Shown in pieces: positions 1 through 8,595 of a stretch of DNA of 64,000 bases. Source of the DNA: Bacteroidota bacterium (GTDB lineage: Bacteria > Bacteroidota > Bacteroidia > 2-12-FULL-35-15); the NCBI GenBank assembly GCA_029237775.1, contig JAQZBR010000003.1:210599-274598 (forward strand), written 5' to 3'. The notes under the pieces were generated by a model. The model did no database searches, was not told where the DNA came from, and saw only the letters and a list, made by a program, of their open reading frames with translations. The position numbers and the translations under genes are program-made. Positions within the stretch are counted from its first letter, which is position 1; every line of letters begins with the position of its first letter.

Positions 1-13
1 GAGCATTTGAAAT

Positions 14-796
14 TTGGTATTTGTAATCAGAAATAGTATGACTTTACAACAAGCTAAATTTCAATATCTATTACGTTTAGGTGACAGCAGCCTCATCATA
101 GGACATCGTTTGTCAGAATGGTGTGGGTCGGGGCCGATCCTGGAGGAAGATATTGCCCTTATAAATATTGCCCTTGACTTTGTGGGTAATGCAACAGCAT
201 TCCTTGGTTACGCTGCTACTGTTGAAGGAAACGGGCGTACAGAGGATGATCTTGCATATTTACGTAACGAACGTGAATTCAGAAATTTGTTGATCACCGA
301 ACAGCCCAATGGTGATTACGCTTCAACAATTACACGCCAGTTCTTATATGATGTTTATACATATTATTTGTATGATGCGCTGAAATCAAGTAAGGATGAA
401 ACGATTGCCGCTTTAGCAACCAAATCACATAAAGAGATCACCTATCATCTTCGCCACACTACCGAATGGATGTACCGTTTGGGTGATGGAACTGCGGAAA
501 GCCATGAAAGAATGCAGAATGCAATGAATGACTTATGGATGTTTACCGGTGAAATGTTTGATATGGATGAGGTGGATCAAACTCTTATCAAAGAAGGAGT
601 TGCACCGGATCTTAATAAAATAAAAGAGCAATGGGAAGCGCACGTTAAGCCTGTTATTGCAGAAGCTACTTTACAAATCCCTTCATATAATTTCAAACAA
701 AAAGGTAGCCGTGAAGGAAAGCATAGTGAACATTTAGGGTTCCTGCTTGCGGAGATGCAAAGTGTGCATAGGGCTTTTCCGGACGCCAAGTGGTGA
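14..796 (+). CDS. paaC: Phenylacetyl-CoA 1,2-epoxidase subunit C
   Basis: LRLGDSSLIIGHRLSEWCG..P.LEEDIAL.NIALD and KEITYHLRH motifs typical of PaaC; first gene of the paa cluster. Confidence 0.92.
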   Translation: MVFVIRNSMTLQQAKFQYLLRLGDSSLIIGHRLSEWCGSGPILEEDIALINIALDFVGNATAFLGYAATVEGNGRTEDDLAYLRNEREFRNLLITEQPNGDYASTITRQFLYDVYTYYLYDALKSSKDETIAALATKSHKEITYHLRHTTEWMYRLGDGTAESHERMQNAMNDLWMFTGEMFDMDEVDQTLIKEGVAPDLNKIKEQWEAHVKPVIAEATLQIPSYNFKQKGSREGKHSEHLGFLLAEMQSVHRAFPDAKW

Positions 797-911
797 TCTG
801 CGATTAACGAATTTCACGAATTTCGAATCTGTTAATACATTGATTGGTTGACAAAGATGTCATCCGACCGCAGTGGAGGATCTTCCTCCAGTGTTAGTAT
901 TTATCTGAGCA

Positions 912-1406
912 ATGTCAACTACTCCAACAACAGAAAATATATTCAAACTCCTCTCCGAAATTCCGGATCCGGAGATTCCTGTGATCAATATTATTGAGCT
1001 GGGAATACTTCGTGATGTAAAGCAGGAAGGAGATCAGTGTACTGTTGTCATTACTCCAACTTACAGCGGTTGTCCTGCAATGAAGGTCATTGAAGATGAC
1101 ATCAGGATTAAGCTGAAAGAGATCGGGATTGATAATGTGAAGGTGGATCTCGTTTACACACCCGCATGGACGACAGACTGGATCAGTGATGAAGCAAAAG
1201 AAAAACTTAGGGCTTATGGGATAGCTCCCCCCGAGCACAGCAGTATAGATAAAAGTTTGTTAACAGGGAAGCCCCGTCACTTGCGTTGTCCGCAATGCAA
1301 ATCTGAAAACGTGACAATGATCTCCCAATTCGGATCTACCGCCTGCAAAGCCTTATATCGCTGTAACGATTGCAAAGAGCCCTTTGATTATTTCAAATGC
1401 ATCTAG
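912..1406 (+). CDS. paaD: Phenylacetyl-CoA epoxidase subunit D (metal-sulfur cluster assembly, called PaaJ in some schemes)
   Basis: IPDPEIPVINI.ELGILR, TPTYSGCPAM, PAWTTDWI, CPQC..S.FGSTACKALYRC..C.EPFDYFKCI. Confidence 0.9.
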   Translation: MSTTPTTENIFKLLSEIPDPEIPVINIIELGILRDVKQEGDQCTVVITPTYSGCPAMKVIEDDIRIKLKEIGIDNVKVDLVYTPAWTTDWISDEAKEKLRAYGIAPPEHSSIDKSLLTGKPRHLRCPQCKSENVTMISQFGSTACKALYRCNDCKEPFDYFKCI

Positions 1407-1476
1407 TTTGCTTTTCTCCTAAGAACGCGGTCTAAAAACGGTTTTTATTTCCCTTTTTTTATAGATGAATTGCTCC

Positions 1477-1484
1477 TATATTTG
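1477..1484 (+). promoter_or_regulatory. Bacteroidota -7 promoter box (TATATTTG) upstream of paaG
   Basis: Exact TAnnTTTG match 19 nt before the ATG. Confidence 0.6.
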
Positions 1485-1503
1485 ATCTGAAAAAAATCGA
1501 AAT

Positions 1504-2283
1504 ATGTCCTCATTTATAAAATCCGAAACCGAAGGAAGTGTATTAAAGATCACACTAAACCGTCCCGACAAATTCAATAGTTTTAATCGCGAAATGGCGC
1601 TGGAGCTGCAATCAGCGCTTGACAGAGCTCAGATAGACAAAAGCATTCGTGCTGTTTTTTTAACAGGGGAAGGAAAGGCTTTTTGCGCAGGACAGGATCT
1701 GTCGGAAGCGATGGATAAAAGCGGTCCGGGTATAGAACGTATTGTTCGTGAACATTATAATCCAATCATTTTAAAGATCCGCAATGTTGAGAAGCCGGTT
1801 GTATGCGCTGTAAATGGTGTAGCAGCAGGAGCAGGTGCAAATATTGCGCTTGCATGCGATGTGGTGGTTGCAGCAAGTTCTGTTGCATTTATTCAGGCAT
1901 TCAGTAAGATCGGACTTATCCCGGATAGCGGAGGCACATTTTTTTTACCTCGGCTCATAGGCTTTGGAAAAGCATCTGCATTGATGATGCTTGGGGATAA
2001 AGTTTCAGCTACAGATGCGGAAAAAATGGGAATGATCTATAAAGTAGTGAATGATGAGGTGTTACAAACTGAAGCACTGCAGATAGCAAAAACATTGGCG
2101 GACATGCCAACAAAGGGAATCGGGCTGACAAAAAAATTGTTGAATCAATCGATGTCTTCTTCGCTCGAGTCCCAATTAAAATCGGAGGGAGATGAGCAGG
2201 TGACAGCAGCGCAGAGTTATGATTATAACGAAGGCGTCAATGCATTTTTGGAAAAAAGAAAACCGGTATTCAAAGGCGAATAA
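1504..2283 (+). CDS. paaG: 2-(1,2-epoxy-1,2-dihydrophenyl)acetyl-CoA isomerase (crotonase family)
   Basis: AFCAGQDL, VNGVAAGAGANIALACD, IGLIPDSGGT motifs; paa context. Confidence 0.85.
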   Translation: MSSFIKSETEGSVLKITLNRPDKFNSFNREMALELQSALDRAQIDKSIRAVFLTGEGKAFCAGQDLSEAMDKSGPGIERIVREHYNPIILKIRNVEKPVVCAVNGVAAGAGANIALACDVVVAASSVAFIQAFSKIGLIPDSGGTFFLPRLIGFGKASALMMLGDKVSATDAEKMGMIYKVVNDEVLQTEALQIAKTLADMPTKGIGLTKKLLNQSMSSSLESQLKSEGDEQVTAAQSYDYNEGVNAFLEKRKPVFKGE

Positions 2284-2332
2284 GAATTGGCACCAAGGGT
2301 TAGGACACAAAGAAAAATTAAGTCAAAAATTT

Positions 2333-3532
2333 ATGATTGATATAGGAGTAATAGGATCGGGGGCCATGGGTGCGGGAATTGCGCAGGTTGCCGCAAGTGC
2401 CGGACATAATGTTCTTGTTTATGATAATAGTCAGGCGGCATTGGATAAAGCCAAGGCGGGCCTCGAGAGTACCTTGAAAAAACTTGTTGAGAAACAAAAG
2501 ATTACTGAACAGGATTCTAAATCTATTCAGGATCGGACAAAATATGTAAGCAGTCTGAACGAATTCAAATCCTGCGGACTGATCATTGAAGCCATAGTAG
2601 AAAACCTCGAAGTGAAGCAGAAAGTTTTTTCAGAGTTGGAAAATATTGTATCTGCTGATTGTATTATGGCGAGTAATACGTCATCTCTTTCTATAGCATC
2701 TATAGCATCAGCATGTAAAAAAGCGGAAAGAGTTATAGGAATCCACTTTTTTAATCCTGCGCCTTTGATGCCTTTGGTGGAGATTATTCCGGGCATCATG
2801 ACGGATGAGAAAGTTGAAAAAACGTCACGTGAGTTGATTGATAAATGGGGGAAAATCACAGTTCTCACCAAAGACACACCCGGTTTTATTGTCAATAGAG
2901 TTGCACGTTCATTTTATGGTGAATCCATTCGCATTTATGAAGAAGGAATGGCTGATTTTGCTACTATCGACTGGGCAATGCGTACCGTAGGGGGATTTAA
3001 GATGGGGCCTTTCGAGTTAATGGATTTCATTGGAAATGATATCAATTATAAAGTCACTGAAAGTGTTTGGACACAATTCTTTTATGAGCCGCGTTTTAAA
3101 CCATCCTTGACTCAAAAACGTTTGTACGAAGCGAAATTATTTGGAAGGAAATCGGGCCGAGGATATTATAATTATGCTGAAGGAGCAGTAATGCCTAAAC
3201 CTTTGGAGAATGAAGAATTAGGAAAAGCGATTTTTTATCGTGTGATCTCAATGTTGGTGAATGAAGCTGCCGATTCGCTTTACTTACAACTTGCGAGCGC
3301 TGAAGATATCGATCTGGCAATGACAAAAGGTGTGAATTATCCCAAAGGATTGTTACAGTGGGCAGATGAGCTTGGACTAACCAACATTCTCGGGATTTTA
3401 AATAACTTGTATTTGGAGTATGGAGAAGAAAGATATCGCCCGTGCGTACTAATAAAAAGAATGGTGAATGAGAACCGCACTTTTTATCCACGGCCTGATC
3501 TCCCGGAAGGGAAGAAAGTGATCGTGAATTAA
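2333..3532 (+). CDS. paaH: 3-hydroxyacyl(adipyl)-CoA dehydrogenase
   Basis: GSGAMGAGIA Rossmann motif, SNTSSLS, HFFNPAP, PGFIVNR. Start moved to ATG 2333 (MIDIGVIG) because the ORF-track start overlaps paaG. Confidence 0.87.
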   Translation: MIDIGVIGSGAMGAGIAQVAASAGHNVLVYDNSQAALDKAKAGLESTLKKLVEKQKITEQDSKSIQDRTKYVSSLNEFKSCGLIIEAIVENLEVKQKVFSELENIVSADCIMASNTSSLSIASIASACKKAERVIGIHFFNPAPLMPLVEIIPGIMTDEKVEKTSRELIDKWGKITVLTKDTPGFIVNRVARSFYGESIRIYEEGMADFATIDWAMRTVGGFKMGPFELMDFIGNDINYKVTESVWTQFFYEPRFKPSLTQKRLYEAKLFGRKSGRGYYNYAEGAVMPKPLENEELGKAIFYRVISMLVNEAADSLYLQLASAEDIDLAMTKGVNYPKGLLQWADELGLTNILGILNNLYLEYGEERYRPCVLIKRMVNENRTFYPRPDLPEGKKVIVN

Positions 3533-3550
3533 GTTTACTGATTTTTAATG

Positions 3551-3590
3551 AAAGGCTCAGTTCTGAAAGGTTCTGAGCCTTTTTGTTTTG
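3551..3590 (+). terminator. Rho-independent terminator after paaH
   Basis: aaaggctcag...ctgagccttt stem followed by a T-tract. Confidence 0.8.
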
Positions 3591-3658
3591 AAATTTATTT
3601 ACAAAAAAAGCAACAAAAAGAACGTTAAATTGTATTATTAATAGTCAATTAGTTTTGA

Positions 3659-3666
3659 TAACTTTG
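3659..3666 (+). promoter_or_regulatory. -7 promoter box (TAACTTTG) upstream of paaI
   Basis: Exact TAnnTTTG match between the terminator and the ATG. Confidence 0.65.
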
Positions 3667-3683
3667 CTACTACACACAAGCAA

Positions 3684-4109
3684 ATGAGTACTCCCGAAAA
3701 TGCCCGAAAAATAGTAGATAAGATGATGGCTGAAGATAAATTCAGCCAATGGTTAGGAATTAATGTTATTCTTGCAGAAGAAGGGCGTTCTGTTCTTAAA
3801 ATGAAGATCCGGGAAGAAATGGTGAATGGATTCGGAATAGCACATGGAGGGATAGCATTTTCTTTTGCTGACAGTGCCCTTGCTTTCGCTTCAAACGCTT
3901 ATGGAAGATTGAGTGTTGCACTTGAATGTTCCATTTCTTTTGCAATTGCGGTGAACGTCAATGACGAATTAACCTGTGAAGCGAGACAATTATCCCTTAC
4001 AAATAAAACCGGAACTTATCACATGGAGATTTCTAATCAGAAAGGTGAGAAGGTCGCATTCTTTAAAGGAACAGTTTACAGAACATCTAAAGATTGGGTA
4101 ACTGGTTAA
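3684..4109 (+). CDS. paaI: Hydroxyphenylacetyl-CoA thioesterase (hotdog fold)
   Basis: NGFGIAHGGIAFSFADSALAFASN motif; paa context. Confidence 0.85.
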   Translation: MSTPENARKIVDKMMAEDKFSQWLGINVILAEEGRSVLKMKIREEMVNGFGIAHGGIAFSFADSALAFASNAYGRLSVALECSISFAIAVNVNDELTCEARQLSLTNKTGTYHMEISNQKGEKVAFFKGTVYRTSKDWVTG

Positions 4110-4326
4110 ATGGTTAATTAGGCTAATTTAGTCTGGACAGAAATGCAGAATTTTGAAGATTTGGATCATTTAATTTGCGCTTACGACAATTCCTATATAG
4201 ACGACATAGCCCTGAATGATTATCGAAATAGAATTACTCATATTTTGAAAATATTGAACGGATACATCTCTTTTCTGAAGAAGAAAAAAGCAGAATCCAT
4301 ACACAGCCTAACTTAACGATTAACTA
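4103..4326. repeat. Imperfect inverted repeats flanking a four-helix-bundle remnant
   Basis: Left arm tggttaaatggttaattaggct (4103-4124); right arm agcctaacttaacgattaacta (4305-4326), whose reverse complement is tagttaatcgttaagttaggct. Confidence 0.6.
4143..4316 (+). pseudogene. Internally deleted four-helix-bundle (23S rRNA IVP-like, TIGR02436-type) gene, 57 aa; not in the ORF track
   Basis: Hand translation MQNFEDL-DHLICAYDNSYIDDIALNDYRNRITHILKILNGYISFLKKKKAESIHSLT*. It has the family N-terminal xFEDL and C-terminal DHLI.A.D..YI...LNGYI..L segments, but the central QxxRxxxSxxxNIAEG region is absent. Confidence 0.68.
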
Positions 4327-4343
4327 TTTTCCATTTAACTAAT

Positions 4344-5552
4344 ATGAAAGACGCATTTATAATAGACGGTATCCGCACTCCGATCGGAAATTTCGGAGGA
4401 ACATTATCAGCTGTGCGTACAGATGATCTGGCGGCAATTGTTTTAAAAGAATTAATGAAACGCAATCCTTCGATCGATCAGAAGCAAATTGCTGATGTAT
4501 TAATGGGTTGTGCAAACCAATCGGGTGAAGATAACAGGAATGTTGCTCGCATGGCTTTATTGCTTGCGGGCTTGCCGATTGAAGTGCCGGGTGAAACTGT
4601 CAATCGCTTATGTGCATCCGGATTATCAGCAAGCATGGCAGCAGCAAGAGCAATCATGACCGGTGAGGGTGACCTGATGATCGCAGGTGGAGTCGAAAAT
4701 ATGACACGCGGGCCGTGGGTGATGTCTAAGGCCTCTTCTGCTTTCGGACGTGATCAGCAAATGTATGATTCAAGCTTTGGCTGGAGATTCGTTAATCCGA
4801 AGATGAAAGAGCTTTACGGAGTTGATGCAATGGGTGAGACTGCAGAGAATGTTGCTGAAAGAGATAAGGTTAGTCGTGAAGATCAGGACAAATTTGCTTT
4901 ATGGAGTCAGCAGAAAGCTGCGGCTGCTCAGGCAAAAGGAAGATTCGCAAAGGAAATTGTTCCGGTAGAGATCCCACAGAAAAAGGGTGATCCAAAAATA
5001 TTTGACAAGGATGAGTTTATGCGTCCGGAAACTACACTGGAAGGTTTATCAAAATTAAAAGGTGCATTTAAAAAAGAAGGCGGAACTGTTACTGCAGGGA
5101 ATGCGTCCGGTTTGAATGATGGAGCAGCAGCAATTCTGCTTGCTTCAGAGGATGCTGTTAAGAAATATAATTTAAAGCCTAGAGCGAGAATTATCTCAAG
5201 TGGAGTGGTAGGAGTTGAGCCAAGGATCATGGGAATTGGCCCTGTTGAAGCAGCTAACATGGCTTTAAAGCGCGCAGGATTAACTATGAAAGATATTGAC
5301 ATCATTGAGCTGAATGAAGCTTTCGCTGCTCAGGCATTAGCCTGCACCCGCGCATGGGGCTTGGCTGATAATGATTCGCGGATCAATCCGAATGGTGGCG
5401 CTATAGCACTAGGACATCCTCTTGGAATGAGTGGTGCGCGTTTATTGAACTCCGCTTCAATTGAATTGCAGGAGCAGAATAAACGCTACGCATTGGTTAC
5501 CATGTGTATCGGAGTAGGACAGGGATATGCAATGGTTATTGAAAAGGTATAA
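4344..5552 (+). CDS. paaJ: 3-oxoadipyl-CoA / 3-oxo-5,6-didehydrosuberyl-CoA thiolase (PcaF/PaaJ)
   Basis: NRLCASG, NEAFA, GHPLGMSG, CIGVGQG thiolase motifs; GEDNRNVARM typical of PcaF/PaaJ. Confidence 0.88.
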   Translation: MKDAFIIDGIRTPIGNFGGTLSAVRTDDLAAIVLKELMKRNPSIDQKQIADVLMGCANQSGEDNRNVARMALLLAGLPIEVPGETVNRLCASGLSASMAAARAIMTGEGDLMIAGGVENMTRGPWVMSKASSAFGRDQQMYDSSFGWRFVNPKMKELYGVDAMGETAENVAERDKVSREDQDKFALWSQQKAAAAQAKGRFAKEIVPVEIPQKKGDPKIFDKDEFMRPETTLEGLSKLKGAFKKEGGTVTAGNASGLNDGAAAILLASEDAVKKYNLKPRARIISSGVVGVEPRIMGIGPVEAANMALKRAGLTMKDIDIIELNEAFAAQALACTRAWGLADNDSRINPNGGAIALGHPLGMSGARLLNSASIELQEQNKRYALVTMCIGVGQGYAMVIEKV

Positions 5553-5623
5553 TAGTTAAATTGGTAATCGGTTAATTTAGGCTAGCCTGAATTAACCCAA
5601 TTAACCATTTACTTAATTAACTA
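5553..5623. repeat. AT-rich imperfect palindrome (TTAACC/GGTTAA units) centred on AGGCT|AGCCT
   Basis: ggttaatttaggct|agcctgaattaacc core; the arms match those flanking 4143-4316. Confidence 0.65.
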
Positions 5624-5627
5624 CATA

Positions 5628-6224
5628 ATGATCTTCGAATTCAACGGTTACAAACCAGTCATTCACGAAAGTGCTTTTGTTCATCCGAACGCGACAGTTA
5701 CAGGAAACGTAATTATTGGTAAAGATGTGTATATCGGTCCGGGTGCTGCGATCAGAGGTGATTGGGGACAAATAATAATTGAGGACGGTTGTAATGTTCA
5801 GGAGAATTGCACAATTCATATGTTCCCTGGAACTACAGTATTGTTGAAGGAAGCCGCACATATCGGACATGGTGCAATAATTCATGGCGGAACTATCGGG
5901 CGAAATGTGCTTGTGGGTATGAATGCAGTGGTAATGGACAATGCAATAATTGGCGATAATTGCATCATCGGAGCTTTATGTTTTGTTCCTGCGGATACAG
6001 TGATCCCGGAAAAAAAGGTTGTTGTTGGAAATCCGGGTAAGATCGTGAAAGATGTCAGTGATGAAATGATCGGCTGGAAAACGCAAGGTACAAAGCTTTA
6101 TCAGCAATTGCCTGCCGACTGCAGAGACTCATTAAAGCCTTGTGAACCTTTGCGTGAAATTGAAAAGGACAGGCCAAAGCAACAGGATATTTATAAAACC
6201 TGGAAAGAAACTAAAGATAAATAA
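5628..6224 (+). CDS. paaY: PaaY-like hexapeptide-repeat / gamma-carbonic-anhydrase family protein
   Basis: Left-handed beta-helix hexapeptide repeats, IRGDWG, NVQENCTIH, HIGHGAIIHG; paa context. Confidence 0.8.
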   Translation: MIFEFNGYKPVIHESAFVHPNATVTGNVIIGKDVYIGPGAAIRGDWGQIIIEDGCNVQENCTIHMFPGTTVLLKEAAHIGHGAIIHGGTIGRNVLVGMNAVVMDNAIIGDNCIIGALCFVPADTVIPEKKVVVGNPGKIVKDVSDEMIGWKTQGTKLYQQLPADCRDSLKPCEPLREIEKDRPKQQDIYKTWKETKDK

Positions 6225-6225
6225 C

Positions 6226-6624
6226 ATGAAAAGAAAAATCACTCTGTTCATTTCCTTGCTGATTTTGATGACACTGTCAATCAGTGCTCAGGAAAAAAAG
6301 GATAGTCACGAAAAACAGTATGAGATGAAAACCTATTATCTCGTACTCTTAAAAAAGGGCCCAAACAGAAATCAGGATTCTGTGACCGTTTCTAAACTAC
6401 AGGGGCAGCACATGGCTCATCTTAATAAAATGGCAGAGGAAGGGAAAATGGATATCTGCGGCCCTTTAATGGATGATAGTGACATCAGAGGAATTTGTGT
6501 TTACAATGTCGCGACAAAAGAAGAAGCCTTAAAATTAGCGAGTGAAGACCCAATGGTAAAAGTTGGTCGATTAATGGCAGAGATCCATCCGTTCTATTCT
6601 GCAAAAGGCGCAACGTTAAAATAA
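6226..6624 (+). CDS. Secreted YciI-like protein
   Basis: Signal peptide from ATG 6226 (start moved), H.AHL, GPL, A..DP.VK.G..HP pattern of YCII domains. Confidence 0.7.
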   Translation: MKRKITLFISLLILMTLSISAQEKKDSHEKQYEMKTYYLVLLKKGPNRNQDSVTVSKLQGQHMAHLNKMAEEGKMDICGPLMDDSDIRGICVYNVATKEEALKLASEDPMVKVGRLMAEIHPFYSAKGATLK

Positions 6625-6637
6625 TCAGAAACACTAC

Positions 6638-7087
6638 ATGGAGCTTTATTTACATTTTATACAAATCAATTCCGAGTTTAGCCAGGGTTTTGCAGATGAT
6701 CTTAATAACGGTGAAGAATCTGAAGACAACATCAAGCATCTCTGGGAAGATGAATTAAAGGTTTCGGGATCCGTAAAAGATTTTAAGATCAAAAATAACA
6801 GCGTTTATGAACTTGCCGGATATTTTCCGGATAATGAAGAATTCAGTTTCGAGATCCCGGACATGACTGTTTGCGAGTGTTTCATGGATAATGGTGAAAG
6901 AAACATATTTGCTGTTTCAAAAAAGCTTTTGAAAAGAACCGAAAAGATCATCAAAGAAAAAGGTGAAGCGGTACACATGTACTTTTATTTAAAAGATACT
7001 TTGCCTTTGGAGAACCCAATGGATGGAGTATATATTCTTCGTTCGGACTTTCCGAAGGAGTTGAGAAAATCTAAATCAGATAATTAA
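6638..7087 (+). CDS. Hypothetical acidic protein
   Basis: 149-aa ORF in operon spacing; no recognised motif. Confidence 0.6.
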   Translation: MELYLHFIQINSEFSQGFADDLNNGEESEDNIKHLWEDELKVSGSVKDFKIKNNSVYELAGYFPDNEEFSFEIPDMTVCECFMDNGERNIFAVSKKLLKRTEKIIKEKGEAVHMYFYLKDTLPLENPMDGVYILRSDFPKELRKSKSDN

Positions 7088-7096
7088 ACTGTTTTT

Positions 7097-7552
7097 ATGG
7101 ACAAGCTAAATTTTCTTCAAAACGAGTTTCCACAATTATTAAAGAAGCTTGATTCAAATGCAAAAGGCTCCTGGGGAGTAATGAACGCTCAGCAAATGGT
7201 GGAACACATGGCAGAATCGATCAGTTTTGCTACGGGTAAAAACAATCAGCCACTCCACACACCTGAAGAACATGTGGAGAAGTATAAGGAATTTGCGATG
7301 AGCGATAAAGAGTTCAAGCCGAACACTAAAAATGTTTTAATGCCAGAAGTGCCCGTCCCTACAACAAAATCGAATATGGAGGAAGCAATTGCAGATGTTC
7401 AAAAGCAAACAAAAGCTTTCGTAGAGTATTTTGAAAATAATAAAGACGCAACCTTAACAAACTCTTTTTTCGGTGATCTTAATTTTTATCAGTGGGCTCA
7501 CCTTTTACATAAACATGCAGTACATCATTGCAAACAGTTTGGCCTGTTATAG
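7097..7552 (+). CDS. DinB/DUF1569-like protein
   Basis: WGVMNAQQMVEH and C-terminal FFG.L...QW..L.HKH..HH..QFG. Confidence 0.7.
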   Translation: MDKLNFLQNEFPQLLKKLDSNAKGSWGVMNAQQMVEHMAESISFATGKNNQPLHTPEEHVEKYKEFAMSDKEFKPNTKNVLMPEVPVPTTKSNMEEAIADVQKQTKAFVEYFENNKDATLTNSFFGDLNFYQWAHLLHKHAVHHCKQFGLL

Positions 7553-7570
7553 ATAATGACATTAAAGAGT

Positions 7571-7607
7571 AATCCTGACAGGTTTGAGATCTGTCAGGAT
7601 TTTTTTA
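7571..7607. terminator. Terminator hairpin between convergent genes
   Basis: aatcctgacag / ctgtcaggatt stem with a T-tract. Confidence 0.8.
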
Positions 7608-7617
7608 TGAGCTAATA

Positions 7618-7983
7618 TTATTTGTCAGCCGGAATGAATTTAAGAGAAATGGAGTTTACACAATGCCTTGTATTCTTTTGCGTGAATCGCTCCCCAACAA
7701 AAACGTGTCCGAGATGTCCTCCACAGTTCGCGCAGATAATTTCTACTCTGCTGCCATCAGCATCACGAACTCGTTTAACGGCTCCTTTGATCTCATCATC
7801 AAAGCTTGGCCATCCGCAATGCGACTCAAATTTGTCGGTTGAATTATAGAGTGGCGTATTACACCTTCTGCATATGTACGTTCCGGTGATTTTGTTGTCG
7901 GTGTATTCTCCGGTAAAAGGTCTTTCAGTTCCTTTGTGAATTATTACATGTTCTTCTTCGGGTGTAAGCTTATTATATTCCAT
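7618..7983 (-). CDS. msrB: Peptide methionine-R-sulfoxide reductase
   Basis: GTERPFTG, CxxC, GWPSF, GHLGHVF, RHCVNS. Confidence 0.95.
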   Translation of the reverse strand: MEYNKLTPEEEHVIIHKGTERPFTGEYTDNKITGTYICRRCNTPLYNSTDKFESHCGWPSFDDEIKGAVKRVRDADGSRVEIICANCGGHLGHVFVGERFTQKNTRHCVNSISLKFIPADK

Positions 7984-8033
7984 TTTAGAAGTATTAACGG
8001 GTAACTCAAAAGGTTATGAAAATTTAATGCCTG

Positions 8034-8585
8034 TCAGGCGAGAAACAATGTACGCTCGATCGTCCAGTAAATTGCTACAACGGCTATCGCTGCCGAAATT
8101 GGTATCACCACACGCTTCCTGTACCATGGCTTTTCATGTGTCCATTTGCAGATAAGCATCCAGGCGAGGATGATCACCGTGATCTGCCCCAGTTCTACAC
8201 CAATATTGAAAGTTATCAATGAAGTTACGAATTGATTTTCGGGTAAACCGAGACTTGTTAATACGCTTGCGAACCCCATCCCGTGAATCAACCCGAAAAA
8301 GAATACGATTAAAATTCTTGAAGGACGCGGCTTATCAGAAGTAATGTTTTCAACCGCAACAAACATTATCGATAATGCGATTACAGGTTCAACAATGTAA
8401 GTGGGCGGAGAGATGACCTCATACATCGCAAGTCCGAGTGTAATGGAATGTGCAACAGTAAATGCGGTTGCCTGCCAGAAAATTGTTTTCAAATGAGAGT
8501 TAAGAAAAACAAGACTCAGAATAAACAAAATATGGTCATACCCTTTTGGGATGATATGCTCAAATCCGAGTAAAAAATAATTCAA
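8034..8585 (-). CDS. HupE/UreJ family membrane protein
   Basis: GYDHILF, TAFTVAHSITL, FGLIHGMGF, FNIGVELGQ. Confidence 0.85.
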   Translation of the reverse strand: MNYFLLGFEHIIPKGYDHILFILSLVFLNSHLKTIFWQATAFTVAHSITLGLAMYEVISPPTYIVEPVIALSIMFVAVENITSDKPRPSRILIVFFFGLIHGMGFASVLTSLGLPENQFVTSLITFNIGVELGQITVIILAWMLICKWTHEKPWYRKRVVIPISAAIAVVAIYWTIERTLFLA

Positions 8586-8595
8586 GTTTGTTCGT

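Noticed and set aside
3480-3532. PaaH C-terminal tail PRPDLPEGKKVIVN
   Set aside because: May be a small read-through into a filler sequence; no evidence of function
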